Below, in pieces: positions 46,701-60,700 of a stretch of DNA of 64,000 nt (position 1 is the stretch's first letter; each line of letters begins with the position of its first letter). The DNA comes from Mesotaenium endlicherianum (taxonomy: Eukaryota): assembly GCA_009602735.1 (NCBI GenBank), contig WELA01000963.1:124025-188024 (forward strand), given 5' to 3'. A model generated the notes under the pieces. It did no database searches, was not told where the DNA came from, and saw nothing but the letters and a program-made list of their open reading frames with translations. The position numbers and the translations under genes were made by a program.

Positions 46701-49301
46701 TGCTACCCCTCACTAGAGATACAGGGGCAGCTGCCAGCCCTGTCATTCAAGAAGCGCATGCTCATCACGACTATACCTTTCCCCGATATACGCATGTACC
46801 CCTCTCCTCGCAGCCCCAAAGTCAACGAAAAAAGCGCAGACGGTGCGTGCCCAAACGCGCTATAAGACGAGCCCTTCGACCCCGGGGCCGGGGGCGTATG
46901 CGCACCCACACGCCCACGCACCCCGTGCAAGGCGGCGGCACCACAGGACCAGCAGGAGCGCAAGGAGGGCGAGGGGCATGCCATGCGGCAGCACACCTTG
47001 CGCTTGGACAGCTGGCGCCGGCCGCTGCTGGGCGTGCGCGGCGTGCTGCTGCCGCTGCTAGAGGCGTACTCCGCCTCAGCCTCGCCGCCCTCCCGCCGCT
47101 CCCCCGCGCGCGCGCTCTTGCTGCTGCTCCTGCCGCTGCCGCTGCCGCTGCCGCCGGTGGGCACCATCCGCGAATTGCGCAAGGGCAGCAGCAGCTCCTG
47201 CTGCTCCGCCCGCCCCTCTGCTGACCCGGGCGGCGGCGCCGGCTGCCGACTGCCGGGGCGCTGGAGCGAAGAGGTGGAGCTCCCGGACCTGCCGCCGCCC
47301 GACGCCTGGCCACCGCCAAAAAAGGAGGGGGGGAGGGGGGGGACAGCTCAGGATGCCCTCCATGTCCAGCACGAGCAGCAGCAGGACAGGGCATGACGCT
47401 GGCAGTTTCAAATGCTCAGCCGGCCGGCCGGCCAGACGGAGCAGGGCCATCGAGGAAGAGGGGAGAAGAGGGAGGGGAGGGGACACGCCGCAGAGAGAGC
47501 GTGAGTGCCCCACGTGGCCTGCCCCCCCACGGCCACAAGACTAGCTCCAGCGGAGGAGGGGTGCCCCTACGCCTAACCCTAACCCTAAACCTAACCTGGA
47601 CCCTGCACCTCACCTTAACCCTAACCCCGCCCTCTACGAGAAGGCCCTACCTGGCACCAACTGTGCCTCACCGGGAGCACAGCTTCCAGCGGAGCGTGCC
47701 CCTGACGTCACTGGAGGGGGGCCCCTTTCACACTGCGCTTTATGCGAGGCTTGTGGAGCCGGCGAGGGCGTCGCCAGATGCAGCTGTCCCCTCAGGACCG
47801 TGCCTTTGCAAAGCAATGCAGCACAAGCGTAATCGTGGCCCCTCCTGATGCGTCGACCCCAAGAACACGCGTCCCGCTCGCACTGTGACCAGCTGCCGCC
47901 AGTATCGATGTAGCCTAAGCCGCATGGTCGTAGCCTGCGCGAATGTTCCCAAATGGATAAGGAGCAAGTGCACGGCCTACCTGAGAACTCTAAACCCCTG
48001 ACGGAGCACCTACCCCCCCCCCCNNNNNNNNNNNNNNNNNNNNNNCCCCCCTTTCGTGTTTGAAGGTCTGTTGGTTCACCTGATCTTGAGCAAGTGGTTG
48101 CAAGTGACAACCTTCATGCAACTATCGCTGCTCACAAGGCAAGCTGACTATGAAGAAGCAAGAGAGGGCCAGGAGGGGCGGGGGGAGGGGGGAGGGAGGA
48201 AGAAGAGGATTCGGGTCTGTCACCCACCACATGTGCATTTGGATGCGCACTCTCCCTCTCCCTCTCTCTCCCTCACACTCCTCCCTTGCATGGAACCACC
48301 CCTTATCAATTGCTTGCACACGACGGGCATGGCTGCCATGTGTACAAAGCAAGCCCCCGCCTCCAGCCAGCAGGAGGCACTCGCATTTGACGTGCAAGAA
48401 TGGAAACACGCCCGTGTAAGACCATGATGCAGCCCTCCAGGTGAAATACCCAGGTGTCATCTTGTCCAAGAGGCACACGCCCACGTGGCATGCGCCCGCC
48501 AGCACCCACAGCAGGCATGCTTACCTGCGTCTCTGTGTGAGCTGACGACTTTGACAAGGGAATCATCAAAGGAGGAACTTCAGTGCTCCCATTTGCCGTG
48601 CTTGGGCTCTCTCTCACAGAACTTGTCTCAGAACGCAGCCGACTGCCGTCCACCCTCGCCCCTCTGGAGGTGCCAGCGGCCGCAGCTTCGGAAGTCTGTT
48701 GTGCTGCGTTCACATGAAGTCCACTTGGGTCTTGCACAACCTGCTCCTTCACTCTCATGAGGGGATAGCTATTGGGCTGAGGATGGTCACTGGAGACCTC
48801 ATCATCGCCCTTTTCTATCTCAACACCATTCGAGGAGTGCATGAGGGCATCTTTGTAGGAGGCTGTTGGCACAGCGTGCGCGCCTTTTTCATTCTCATCA
48901 TTTCGCCCCCTCCCCGCTCCTCCCAGGCCAGTATTCGAGCTTGCCTCATCTCCAGCGCTAGGGATGCCTTGAGAAATACCAGCTTGTCGCTCTTCATTGT
49001 CTGCACGAGCACCAGATAGACGTTCTTCACTTACTTCTGTCGCGTTCTCATCGGCCTCCTCTCTCGACGAGGCTGACGTAGGAACTTCCTCGCCAGACCA
49101 TCCCATCGCATTTTCCCCCATCGTCTCCAAACCCCCGCCATGACCCAGATACCCGATTGACAATTCACGTAATATTTTAGCCTTTTCCTCCTCCGTTAAG
49201 GTATTATTGTAAGGATTTGCACTATTACCAGAGCTAAGCTCACCGGGCGTGGATGTGTTTGCCTTATTACTTTCTCCAACCGGTTCCTCAGCATAAGGCA
49301 T
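40978..49301 (-). CDS. TraB/TRABD-family protein with C-terminal tail anchor and long acidic N-terminal extension
   Basis: Exons 49301-48525, 47305-46997, 45954-45778 (YVLGTAHVSRDSCDDV), 44657-44508 (VVFVEVCSDR), 44105-44001 (PGEEFRVA..LGDRPVQ), 43343-43230 (VTLKRAW), 42570-42470 (LITERD), 41741-41627 (VVAVVGKGHLGGI), 41109-40978 (transmembrane segment + WRLRRN*). Phases are consistent. Confidence 0.88.
43607..43772. repeat. (AG)n microsatellite interrupted by an N gap, in a TraB intron
   Basis: Directly visible in the sequence. Confidence 0.95.
47571..47627. repeat. Short degenerate telomere-like (CCCTAA)n tract in a TraB intron
   Basis: Sequence reads cctaaccctaaccctaaacctaacc...ccttaaccctaaccc. 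Confidence 0.5.
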
Positions 49302-50326
49302 CACTGATCTCTCCCCCTTTCCGCAATTGCCGACCAGCCAACTTCAACCGAAGATGCTTAGCCTCTGCAGATCACTATGGACTCTATATTAGCCTTCTAT
49401 CAAATTCCTTCACAAGCGCCCGGCAGAAAGGGCACATGGTAACTTGCACCTATCGATAACAATCCTCCTCTCAGCTGTGAGAACCAAAAGAGCGTCGTCA
49501 TGTGGTCATCAGTCGTCGCTGTTGGGCCCTAAACAATCTCGAACTGCGGTTGGTGTCGGTGCTTCATCGAGAGAAGAAGCTCGTACTGGCTCGTACTCTG
49601 TCGTACCAAATCGTAACGGCCTCGGGTTGCCAGCGGGCCGCTATCCTTGTCGTTCCCGTAGAGACGAGCGGAAGGAGATCCAACATTCTGCAGTCCTGTC
49701 GACCGACAAACACCTCTTTGTTTGTGTGCTCGTGTGTTCTACGAGATGCTCGTGGGACGCTCGTGGGATAAAGCCGAATATGGTCCTCGAAGCTGCTCGA
49801 AGCCGCCTCAATTGATCACCGGGACTCACCAAGGGAATGCATGCTAGAAGCTGCTAGGAGCAGTTTGGATGCAGCGCGATGGAGGCGCATGCCAAGGCCT
49901 TCAGACTCGTGCCAATTACCGTGTGCTTGCATGAAGACTGGTGAAGACCAGCTGAAAACGATATAAACAGTTTCCTTACACCAAGACTTAACCTCGTATA
50001 TTTATTTTAACACTATCATTTGCAAAAACAAGAGCTGTAATCTGGGTTGTATGTAAAGAATTCCTACACCTTTTTAACAAAATTGTACAGCCTACAATCC
50101 CCATAAGAATGTAGCTGAGCTGCATTTTCAAGACGTTATGTCGGCACATACTAAGAGAATTTTGGGCGTGTTGATGTGCCGTAATGCTGTGTATAAGAGC
50201 AAAACACCTTGCTTGAATGGGCAGGTTACTGGAATGAAGAATCACTTAGCCTCTAGCTCTCTCGCCTTCTTAATGGTTTACCAGAAGCCACAGGCCCATG
50301 TATGCAATCACAACGATGAACACACA

Positions 50327-53300
50327 TCACTCTTCAGGCACGTAGCGGTCCTTTCGTGCTTTGAATAGCACTCTCTGCACAAAACACACAATGCCAAATA
50401 CTCACTGTCATTGTCAGATTAGTCCCCTCCACAGCCCTGCTTGTTCATCACATGGCATGAAATGAAAGTACTTCTCTCAGTCTGCTACTGTTGCGAGCAC
50501 TCATCGTTGGACTTGCACACCAAATGGAAAGGGCGCCACTCACCGCTAGTATTTGGGAGTAGGCTTTTGGGCCTGTCAAGAACCGGATGTACGTCGACCG
50601 GCTGCCTCCACCTGGCACCAGTCGCATCCGCGGCACCAGATACTCCGCCACCTGCACAAGAAAAGAACGAGAATCAGCTATTGTTGCAATAGATCATGAT
50701 GTAAAGCCCGCTCTTTGGTCAGCGCCTGAGCTCACCAGACGAAGAGCGTCGCCCTTGACAAGCTGCTAGGCACCCTCATCGCGGCATGTGTACAGAAACG
50801 GGGGGGAGAACAGGCGGGAGCGTAGTTCTGCTCGTAACATTGCAATTGCACCAGGACCTCGACCCGGCAAGGAGAGCTAGGCGAGGGCGAGAGGCGTGAG
50901 GGCTCACAGTGTTGGCGGACTCCGCCAGAGCGTTGATGAAGAACTTGGCCTGCATGCATGGCAAGCGAGCACGCGCGAGTGTACAGCTGCATCAGCTGTA
51001 GCGCAACAGCCGCAAGGCCCGTGCAGTACAGGGTCGAAGACGCTGATCTACTGTTAAAAAGACCCCCGAAAGGACGCGGAGGCTGGCGCTCGCAATGGGG
51101 CCTCAGCTGGCGAGATTGACCCGGCGCGTAATATCAACATCAGAAGCACAACAGTCTTGGGACCAAGCAGGGATGTGCCACATGGCAATGCGGCATGCCT
51201 AGTGTGGTGCAGGAAAGATGGGATACTGAGGGGGACACGGGGAAAGGAGGAAGGAGAAGGAGGCACTGACCACGCGCGTGTCACTGCCGGACATGAGCAG
51301 GTCCGTCGTCACCATGCCCGGCTGTTGTCCGCACCCCAGACATCAAAACGCGTGACTGGAGTCAAGCAGCAGCTACACAGAACTGTTGTGCTCACCGGGA
51401 CTGCATACATATGTTTTCGGGCATTGGCGTGTTTCTTGTGCTTATGCCTGTGCCTTCTCATTTCGGAGGTCAAATTTGAGGGAATGCCCACCAAGTGGGG
51501 TGCCCACCATGGGGATTGCTAAGTATAGTGGGACGGCTCTACAGCGTTTACCCTCCAGTACCAACATGCATGCACACGCTTACACTCACAAGTCGGCTCA
51601 TGAAGGTCCATCACCAGATTTTAACGAGGTACGACGTGAGCACCCATCCAGCCAACTGATACACGGCGAGCCATAAGAGCACAGTGAGCAGTGCAGCGAC
51701 CAGCGTGCGTGCATGTGAGAGAGAGGGAGAGAGAGGGAGAGAACCAGAGAGAGGGAGAGAACCAGGGAGAGGGATAGGGAGAGGGAGAGGGAGAGGGAGA
51801 GGGAGGCTCACTGAGAGGTTGTGCACCGTCACGTTCTTGACCTGCAGCATCTTCAGCTCCGCCTGCACCCTCCCCTCCCGCCCGCCCGCCCGCATGCCTT
51901 GAATAATGTTGCAGCCGAGCACACGTCCACAAATGCATGCAGCCTCAAGGACGCTGGCTGATGCACCCCCCCTCACACCCCAGAGAGTTGAAGCAGAGCT
52001 GGGGCCAAAGAACCAGCAAGCGCGGGCGAGCAGGCACACGCACACACACACGCAACACACGCATGCACGCGCGCAAGCACACACCTGCAGGGACTTGGTG
52101 AACTGCGCCAGGCTCCTCTTGGTGGCTCCATACGCCGCGAACCTGCACTACCATTGCCAATCACGCACACACACGCACCCACGCGCACACACGCACGTAC
52201 ACAGGAGTTACAACTGCAACGGGACTCCGCAATACGTCCGCCCGCGTGGTTGGCGCTGCATCCTCTGCGCACCTTTTTTGCGCAAGAGGTCGTGCTTTCC
52301 CTGCACATCGTCTACCGCCAACAACATGGTTCAGCACCGCAAACGACGCGTGCCAAACCCCAAGTCTCTCATGGAAGACGCCAGGAGTGACAACGCCCAC
52401 ACCCCCACACTCTTTCCCCCCGTCCTTCGCATGGCCTGTCTAATCCTGGGCCCCTGAACTCAGGGCCCCTCCATTCAACCCTTCACCTGGGTCTGTCCCA
52501 GCACGGCCCCCCTAAGCCCAAGCCCTGGGCTCAGCTACACAGGACACGGTGAAGTGGCATGATGCCCCAAAGCTCAAAGCATCTCAGGACACAGAAAAGC
52601 CTGCATGCTGCGTGGGCCGCAGGGGGGGAACCCGCAGCAAGCCTCGGCACGCTCTTGCTTCGCGCTGGAGGGCGCCTCAGAGCCAGGGACCGACCTCACT
52701 TTTAAAAAAGCCTAGGAAGAGGGGAGCCCGTCCTTTTGTCACACACAATCGTGGGAGGCAGCTGGCCTCTTGCCCCACAGGCCTTCTGGCCAACCCCGAA
52801 AGTGCAGCTGCCTGGAAGGAGGTCGGGGCTCCCCCTGCCAACTCCCCCGAGCTTTCTTGCGTTCCCAAATTTCTTCAAGGGCTGGTGGTGCAGCGCCCCA
52901 GAAGAGAAGCCCAGACCCCTTCCTCTGCCGGGGACAGGGCTCAGGGCATCAGGGCTTCTGTACACTCCACTGTCCCTTGAGATGGAGGGGTTGGGGTTTA
53001 AGGGCCATGCACAGGGAAGGCACTGACCGGGGCGTGGCATTGCCGTCAGCGCCCGCGCCGTCCATGTTGAAGATGTGGCCCCCTCTGCTCTGCTCTCGCA
53101 TCAGAATGATGGCCTGCCGTGCCCGCCCCGCCCCCCCTGCCTGGACATGAGAGCAAGGTGAAGCGGCCCCTGTTGCACGCTGTCCCCAACCTGCCCGCTG
53201 AGCGCCCCTCCTGAAGGGGTATACAGGAGCGGGTACGATGCCTCCAGCATTGACTGTCTTTGGTTCAACTCCACGTCTTCAATTCCCCGCCCCCCCTGTC

Positions 53301-54447
53301 CTCTCTCTCTCTTCCACTCTTAAGCTGCAGTGTGAATGTCCCAGCATGTGGAACTGCTTGAGAAGATGCTGCAGCCCTTGCTAGACCTAGCGCAGCAAAA
53401 TAGGCCGAAAAAAGAAAAAGAAAGAGAACACGCATAGAAGCAACCACGTCCTAGGAGAGGAGAGAGAAAGCGGGGGAGGGGGGGGNNNNNNNNNNNNNNN
53501 NNNNNNNNNNNNNNNNNNNNNNNNNNNNNNNNNNNNNNNNNNNNNNNNNNNNNNNNNNNNNNNNNNNNNNNNNNNNNNNNNNNNNNNNNNNNNNNNNNNN
53601 NNNNNNNNNNNNNNNNNNNNNNNNNNNNNNNNNNNNNNNNNNNNNNNNNNNNNNNNNNNNNNNNNNNNNNNNNNNNNNNNNNNNNNNNNNNNNNNNNNNN
53701 NNNNNNNNNNNNNNNNNNNNNNNNNNNNNNNNNNNNNNNNNNNNNNNNNNNNNNNNNNNNNNNNNNNNNNNNNNNNNNNNNNNNNNNNNNNNNNNNNNNN
53801 NNNNNNNNNNNNNNNNNNNNNNNNNNNNNNNNNNNNNNNNNNNNNNNNNNNNNNNNNNNNNNNNNNNNNNNNNNNNNNNNNNNNNNNNNNNNNNNNNNNN
53901 NNNNNNNNNNNNNNNNNNNNNNNNNNNNNNNNNNNNNNNNNNNNNNNNNNNNNNNNNNNNNNNNNNNNNNNNNNNNNNNNNNNNNNNNNNNNNNNNNNNN
54001 NNNNNNNNNNNNNNNNNNNNNNNNNNNNNNNNNNNNNNNNNNNNNNNNNNNNNNNNNNNNNNNNNNNNNNNNNNNNNNNNNNNNNNNNNNNNNNNNNNNN
54101 NNNNNNNNNNNNNNNNNNNNNNNNNNNNNNNNNNNNNNNNNNNNNNNNNNNNNNNNNNNNNNNNNNNNNNNNNNNNNNNNNNNNNNNNNNNNNNNNNNNN
54201 NNNNNNNNNNNNNNNNNNNNNNNNNNNNNNNNNNNNNNNNNNNNNNNNNNNNNNNNNNNNNNNNNNNNNNNNNNNNNNNNNNNNNNNNNNNNNNNNNNNN
54301 NNNNNNNNNNNNNNNNNNNNNNNNNNNNNNNNNNNNNNNNNNNNNNNNNNNNNNNNNNNNNNNNNNNNNNNNNNNNNNNNNNNNNNNNNNNNNNNNNNNN
54401 NNNNNNNNNNNNNNNNNNNNNNNNNNNNNNNNNNNNNNNNNNNNNNN

Positions 54448-54488
<41 letters not shown>

Positions 54489-56557
54489 GAGTGGGGAGGC
54501 TGTATGCGGGAGTGGGTTTTGTAATTACGGTGAGTTGCGTGCGACAAGTCAATCACATGGGACGAGACTGCTTACGAATGGCATACCCAGAGGTCAACGT
54601 GGCCGAAGCTGGTCTTGGCGAAGTCGGCGAGCTCCTTGACACTCTTGGCGTCGGCAACGTTGCACACCGTGCCCTGGCCCAGGCACAGACAGGCGTACCG
54701 TACAGAGGGAGGTCAGTGGACGCCTACTTACTCCCGAGTGCGTCTCTCTCCTGAGCTCCGAGCCGTGCCAATTTGTGTGAGCAGCGCGAGCGGAAGGGGA
54801 CGAAACACTGCACCGAGCACTCAGACTACAAGGACCTACAGAGACCTGCCCTGTGTGGAGCCGGAAACAGCGTTTCAGCTAATGTTTCCGGCGAGAGGAT
54901 AAAGACGGGCTTCATGAGGCGCACGGGCCAGCCATGCATTCAGGCTCTTCTTGCGACAGCTGCCTCCCTTCACAGGGGTGTTGGCAGGTGCTGCTCCTTG
55001 TTTGCTCTGGCTCCTAGTCCGCAGTAGTGCGAGAATGGAACGGTTTTGGGGCGCATAAAGGATAGGGGAGTGCTGTGGTGCGTAAGAAATGGGAGGGTAC
55101 TAAGGTGCAAGAAGCAATCGAGAGTGAGTGCCTGCCCTGCATGATGCCGGCGGACTGAGCCGCCTCACCAGAAGCACAAGATCCACAAGGAAACAAAACA
55201 AGGGTGTCAGTGCCGAGCTGTCCGCGCAGAACGAGAGTTGGCAGTAATCAGGTCATTCACCAAGGAAGAGTAAGGGGAGGGGAGGTGTTCCTCAGCATTG
55301 CAACAAAGCTTGCAGAAGTGGAGAGGGTGTAGGAGAGAAAGGGGACATACGGCAACTTTGTCTTTTCCGTACGTCTCGCCGAGCTCCTTCACTGTCTGGT
55401 CCACTCTCTCCCCTGCCCGTGCTCCCACCCACCCACAACAAGGGACCAAGATAAGAAGAGCAGCTTTTGACGCCCCATCCACTGGACACTCTCTCAAAAA
55501 AAGCATGATGCCTCAGAAAGGTGTCGCCCCCAGCAGGCGCAAGGGAAGCGAGGTAGTAACTATCGCTGCAGTACTTCAAACATGCATGATTTAAATTCTC
55601 TTCTAAGGAACCTAAACTGAGATGTAGAGGGAGCTCAAGAATGACTGACCTGTCCGAGAGCAGATGAGTACTCTATCACCTGCCTTCAGAAATTCGCGTG
55701 CAAGTGCCAAGCCTATTCCTGGAGACATAGGAACAACCCACCGTATGAGCAGCAGTGAGTTGACTACAGTGTGAAAGTGGTTACAACGCCTAGCAACATA
55801 CCCTTAGGTATTGCTTCAGAACAGAGCGACCAGCAGCTACGGACCGGGTACTCTGCAAAACTTTGTAGGATGTCTAAGCAACGTACTCCTTGATACCGCT
55901 TCAGGAGAGGGACCTTAGGCTTGCTGCAAGAGGCCCTTCCTCACTTGAGAAGCCAAACATGTACTCTTACTTTGTGGAATTCTTCGGTCCCTTTTAACTG
56001 GACTGAAGTGGACCCCGCCCGAGCTTTCCAGGATATGTGTGAAAATATATATCCAGCTGCTAGATTCTATTCCTGCTTGGATTCCTAGAAGGCCGTTCCC
56101 CGCTTAATTCAGAGCAGGCATGTGAACGCCGCAGCCTACCTTTTGTTGAACCAGTGATAAGCACATTATAAGGGGCAGTCATCTCCTGAACTCTTTCTGG
56201 TGCCGCATATGTGCTACTGCTAGCCGTTTCTGCAGAAGCTTTAATAACATGACTTCCTTTACTTGAATACTTTCCACCGAGTTGGGTGACCATTAAGTTG
56301 TCAGCTGCAGCACGTCGTGCCACACTACTGAGCCTTCGGGACGTACATTTCAAAGAATCAACCACTCTACATTCACAAGTCCTTCTGTTCGAGAAAATGC
56401 CGTTTGTGCAGATTGAGCGAGAAGTAATTGATTTTTGTACAGGAAGAACTGATACTGATGGAACATGGCCGATACTATCTTTCAGGTGACGCTGTTGAAA
56501 GTGTGTATTCACTGTCAGAGTGCCTAGACTCGCAAAAGGGACAAGAACACCGGCCAT
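50327..56557 (-). CDS. NOL: Chlorophyll b reductase NOL (NYC1-like short-chain dehydrogenase), with plastid transit peptide; some exons fall in the gap at 53486-54447
   Basis: Exons encode PYNVLITGSTKG|IGLALAREFLKAGDRVLICSR, CNVADAKSVKELADFAK, GGHIFNMDGAGADGNATPR|FAAYGATKRSLAQFTKSLQ|AELKM..NVTVHNLS|PGMVTTDLLMSG, AKFFINALAE, VAEYLVPRMR..YIRFLTGPKAYSQI and RKDRYVPEE*. Confidence 0.92.
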
Positions 56558-57732
56558 TTTGCGAGTTCAACTGGAAAAGAACGCAGAGTGAAAGAGAAGA
56601 AACAGTTGAGCAGGGTGAGCCAAGAAATGTGGTCACTTAGCTCCGGTTAATTCCGCAAGTCCTCGATAAACTTAAAGCCCTCCTTAGCCGGACATATATA
56701 AATTGAGCATCACTGCATGCGCATGCACAATCATATACGGATATGCATAAATTTGGTCAATCACATAACCGGCAGAGAACCTCACAGAGACCTCATATGG
56801 CGAAGGTCTTCGCTAGCAACAGCTCGCAATCATGCTCGCAATCACTCGCAAAACTGCTCAGTGTTCGTTGACCAATTTGTTGACGCGGGGGTGACTGGGG
56901 ACCATATAAATGGGCTCCATGAGGCTCCACCAGGCACCACTTGGTTCAGGTGGACCAAATTGGACCAAAAGGCCAAACCGTCTCACATGGCCCTGATGTC
57001 AGGCTTAATGTAGGATACTGGCAAAGCGAATCAAAAGCTGGTCAAACCATTATGTTTTCATGCAACTGTTCCTTGTTACGAAACTGGTACGAACTGAAAA
57101 TACAAAATGCTTGATCATTTTTCCAAGATCCATCTGACGTGTCGCATTGGGAGGTATAAAGCTCATGACCGACCTCACGAGCAGCTCTCATACAACCACG
57201 TAAGAACATTCAATGCAAAATTACGAGTGCATCAAAGTAGCCGGGAGTGCACGATGAATCTAATTTCTTGCTGGTGTCCGACTGTTTGTTTTTGATCTAT
57301 GTTGCGCATGGTTTGCGCTAGCTTGAGAGAACTGTAACGCAGTGCTCGCTCTCATATGAACGAAAGGGGGAGACCCTGCTGTCAAATCCATTCTTGGACT
57401 TGCTAAACTGACTGAACTTTCTGTCAGGTGATAGGTCCCTATACAGACGAGATTTTTGCGTCCCTCTCTATTGCGCCACTGATAACTGATTTACGAATCC
57501 GCCATTTGTGTCAAAATGTCTCCTTCCAAGCTGTCGTGATCGCGGAGTGCAAGCCACCTGCAATCGAAGTTCTTAGTGATTGCCCACGATATCTACTCTA
57601 GCCGCGTCTTTTCTTCTTGGTACAGGTCTACTAAAATAGAAAGACGCGCTTCAATCAGATGCCTTTTCGGTTAGACGACTTCACATTCTCTCAAGTAAAT
57701 TGAACGGCCTATTCTAGCTCGTTGACTAAATT

Positions 57733-60700
57733 ATGGCCTCCATAGCCCCTGCTCTCCAGTTTCTTGGAGCTACAAGCCTACATCCTGCTGCCTCACCCCC
57801 TTCCAACGACAATCAGAGGTTGTCGACCAAGGCTTGCTTCGTTGTAGCAGCTGACAACCAGAGGGAGCAGGGCCGCATTTTAAAGCAACAATTGGTATCG
57901 CATCATCCTAAGCGAGGGAGAATAGTTGAGGCTGTTAGGACAAGAACCAGATCGGTGACTGCGTCTGTTGCTGTCAGCGAAGGTGCCACAAGTGAGGGGC
58001 TGAAGGGTCGACCGGTTGTCATCCTACCCGTAAGCGCGCAATTTCTGTGTCCTGTCATTTTACGGTGGTATTGCCTCCGTGCGGCCATCATATGCTTGGG
58101 CAAACGAGTGATCTGGCCCTTTCACCAGTGCTATACTCACACACTAATTATGAATCCTGGTGGGAAACCTGGTTTTTGAAGACCGGCCAGGAGCTGGAGG
58201 CTGAGAACGAAACAGGGTACTAAGAAGTGCCACAAAGTTGGCAGATATCAAGCCACTAAATTACTCGCACTATCCACAAAACAAAGGCAGCAGGCAATCC
58301 ATCAATCCTGGGAGTTTCTATTATCGTACTTCAAGACTCTACAACTGATGGCTTGGTGTTGCATGCCTCAAACACTCACTAGTCTCGAATTTCGTCCAGG
58401 TCAGATCAGATCAGATTAGATCAGGTCCGAGCCATTCCCGCCCCACAAGTGACCTCACTCTCTGACTGGCACAGCTCCTCTCCCAAGTGTTCATCACATA
58501 GCTTCTGAGGCTGCGGGGCTCGTGGGGACGCAGGGACTTGGGAACAACACCGGAGACTACGACCAGCTGACGCAAGACCTGCAGGCGCACGGGCTGCCGA
58601 CAGCTGTCGCCAGGGTGTCGAGGCCCGACTGGCTGCGGAACGCCGCAGGCCTGGTGGACCCCAACTACTGGAAGGGCACTCTGCAGCCGCGCCCGGTGCT
58701 CGATTGGTCAGTTGGGACGCAGCCCTCACGTTTTGCGAGCTTGACTGATTGTGTGCTTCTTTCTCGGCCCAACACTTGGGTCCACTTCTTCCCTCCTGCT
58801 CTCCTGCTTCTTGGCAACGAGAAGTATCCAACGGGAACGAGTGTTATGATGGGCTCAGCTGCGACGGGCTCTTTGTAATCTTCAGACCGAGAGCAGCACC
58901 CATCTTCAAACGTCAGACATTTCTGGCCCTTGCTGGATTTGACTACACTGTGTGCAACCGCACCAATACTCCAGCCGCTCCCTTTGGTGCTGGACCAGAG
59001 GGGGGCGGAGGGGGGAGGGGCGGAGCGTGGTGGGGGGTGAGGCAACACTTCTTGTCTTATCAGGTCATGGGGAGAGTAGACATGGGGTGTGTCACAACTC
59101 TGGAGAAACTTTGGCGAGGTTGATTTCTTCACCTTGTGCTGAGGAGGGCGGGCGCGTTTATCGGGTTTCAGGTACTTGGAGAGGATAGAGGCGGCCATTG
59201 AGGAGGCCAAGAAGGCGGCAGCTGCTTCTTCCGCCTCGGGAGGTGCGCCTTGCCTTCTCTCCGCTCCTCCCCGTGCATGCATGCATGCACGCGCGCACAT
59301 GCATGCTTGCGAGGCACACGTAGATGTGGCTCTCTTTTGTCATGATTGGGCTCTGGGCTGCCAGGCTCACGCCAGTTGCAAGCGATGGAGGACGAGCGTG
59401 TCCAGTGTCTTTCTGCTCACAGTGGGCGCGGGCTGCTGGTGCCAATGACCCCAGCATACCGCCGTGGGCTGCGCTCATGTGCGTGTGCATGTGCGCGTGT
59501 GTGCGTGTGTTCATGTGTCTATGTGTGTGTGCGCCCGGGGGGTGGGGGCGACGGGCGGACGAACGCGTGCATCAGCAGGCGTCAGCTCGAAGGTGGCGCT
59601 GATTGGGCACTCTGCGGGCGGCTGGCTGGCGCGCCTCTACCTGGCGGAGATCGGCTTCCACGACGTGGACCTCCTGCTCACGCTGGGGACGCCCCACCTG
59701 TGAGTGCGCTGCTGTGCGCGAGCGCCCGCTCCCGACCCAGACTCGCCTCCGCTCTGCCCTCCTCCCGTCGAGCAGCCCTCCCTGTCTCTAGGAGGGAAGG
59801 GAAGGCCTGCACTCTTTTGGAAAAATTGGGACGTGGCTTCTGGCTTCTCGCTTCTCGCTGCTGGGTCGCTGTGGGATCAAATCCCGGGGGGAGGCCCAGC
59901 CAGCTGTCAACTACGTGGCAGCTGCAGGAGCAGATAGTTCTACTTCCATCGTTGCACCTCTTCCTCAACCTCCAGTGATACATACCTCCCCCCTCCCCCC
60001 TTCTCCCGCTTCCCCTCTCTCCTCCCCCTCCACCTGGACAGGCCCCAAAGCTTTAGAACCGGGCTAGTGCAGACTCGTGCTGAGCTCATCTGTTTTTGCG
60101 CTGAAACAAGCAGGCTCTTCTCATAGAGCCTGGCAAGTATGCCAAGTTGCTGGCACATACTCTCGCTCTCTGATGACTCGCGCTGCTGTTGGCACACGCT
60201 GCATCCACTCCCTGCCACGTGTACCCGCATCCAGAATTTTAGAATGCTTGCAAGAAGGAACAGCCAAGTTCATTTAGATGGCAGCGAGGCCTGTGCTGAG
60301 TCAGACTTGGCTGCAGGAGCCGACTGCCTCGGCGCTGCCACGAGAAAGAACATCTCCTTTCCCCCAACCCCTCCCCACCCTCCCGGGAGGCGTAATATGG
60401 GCGTGGTGTATGCACACAGATAAAAAAAAATTGGACACCTTGAAACCTTGCGGAACACAGATACTTTATAAGCTTGCTCATATGTGTGTGCGTGTGTGTG
60501 CCCATTGCTCTGGTGCGCGCTGCCAGGGCGCCGCCGCGGGGGATCCCGGGGGTGGTGGATCAGACGCGCGGCCTGCTGCACTACGTCAACGACAACTTCC
60601 CCGGCGCCTTCCACCAGCCGGATGTCAAGTACGTCTGCGTGGCCGGCAGGTGCGTGCTTCTTCCCGCCTCTGCCTCTCTGTCACAGCAGCACCGGGCACC

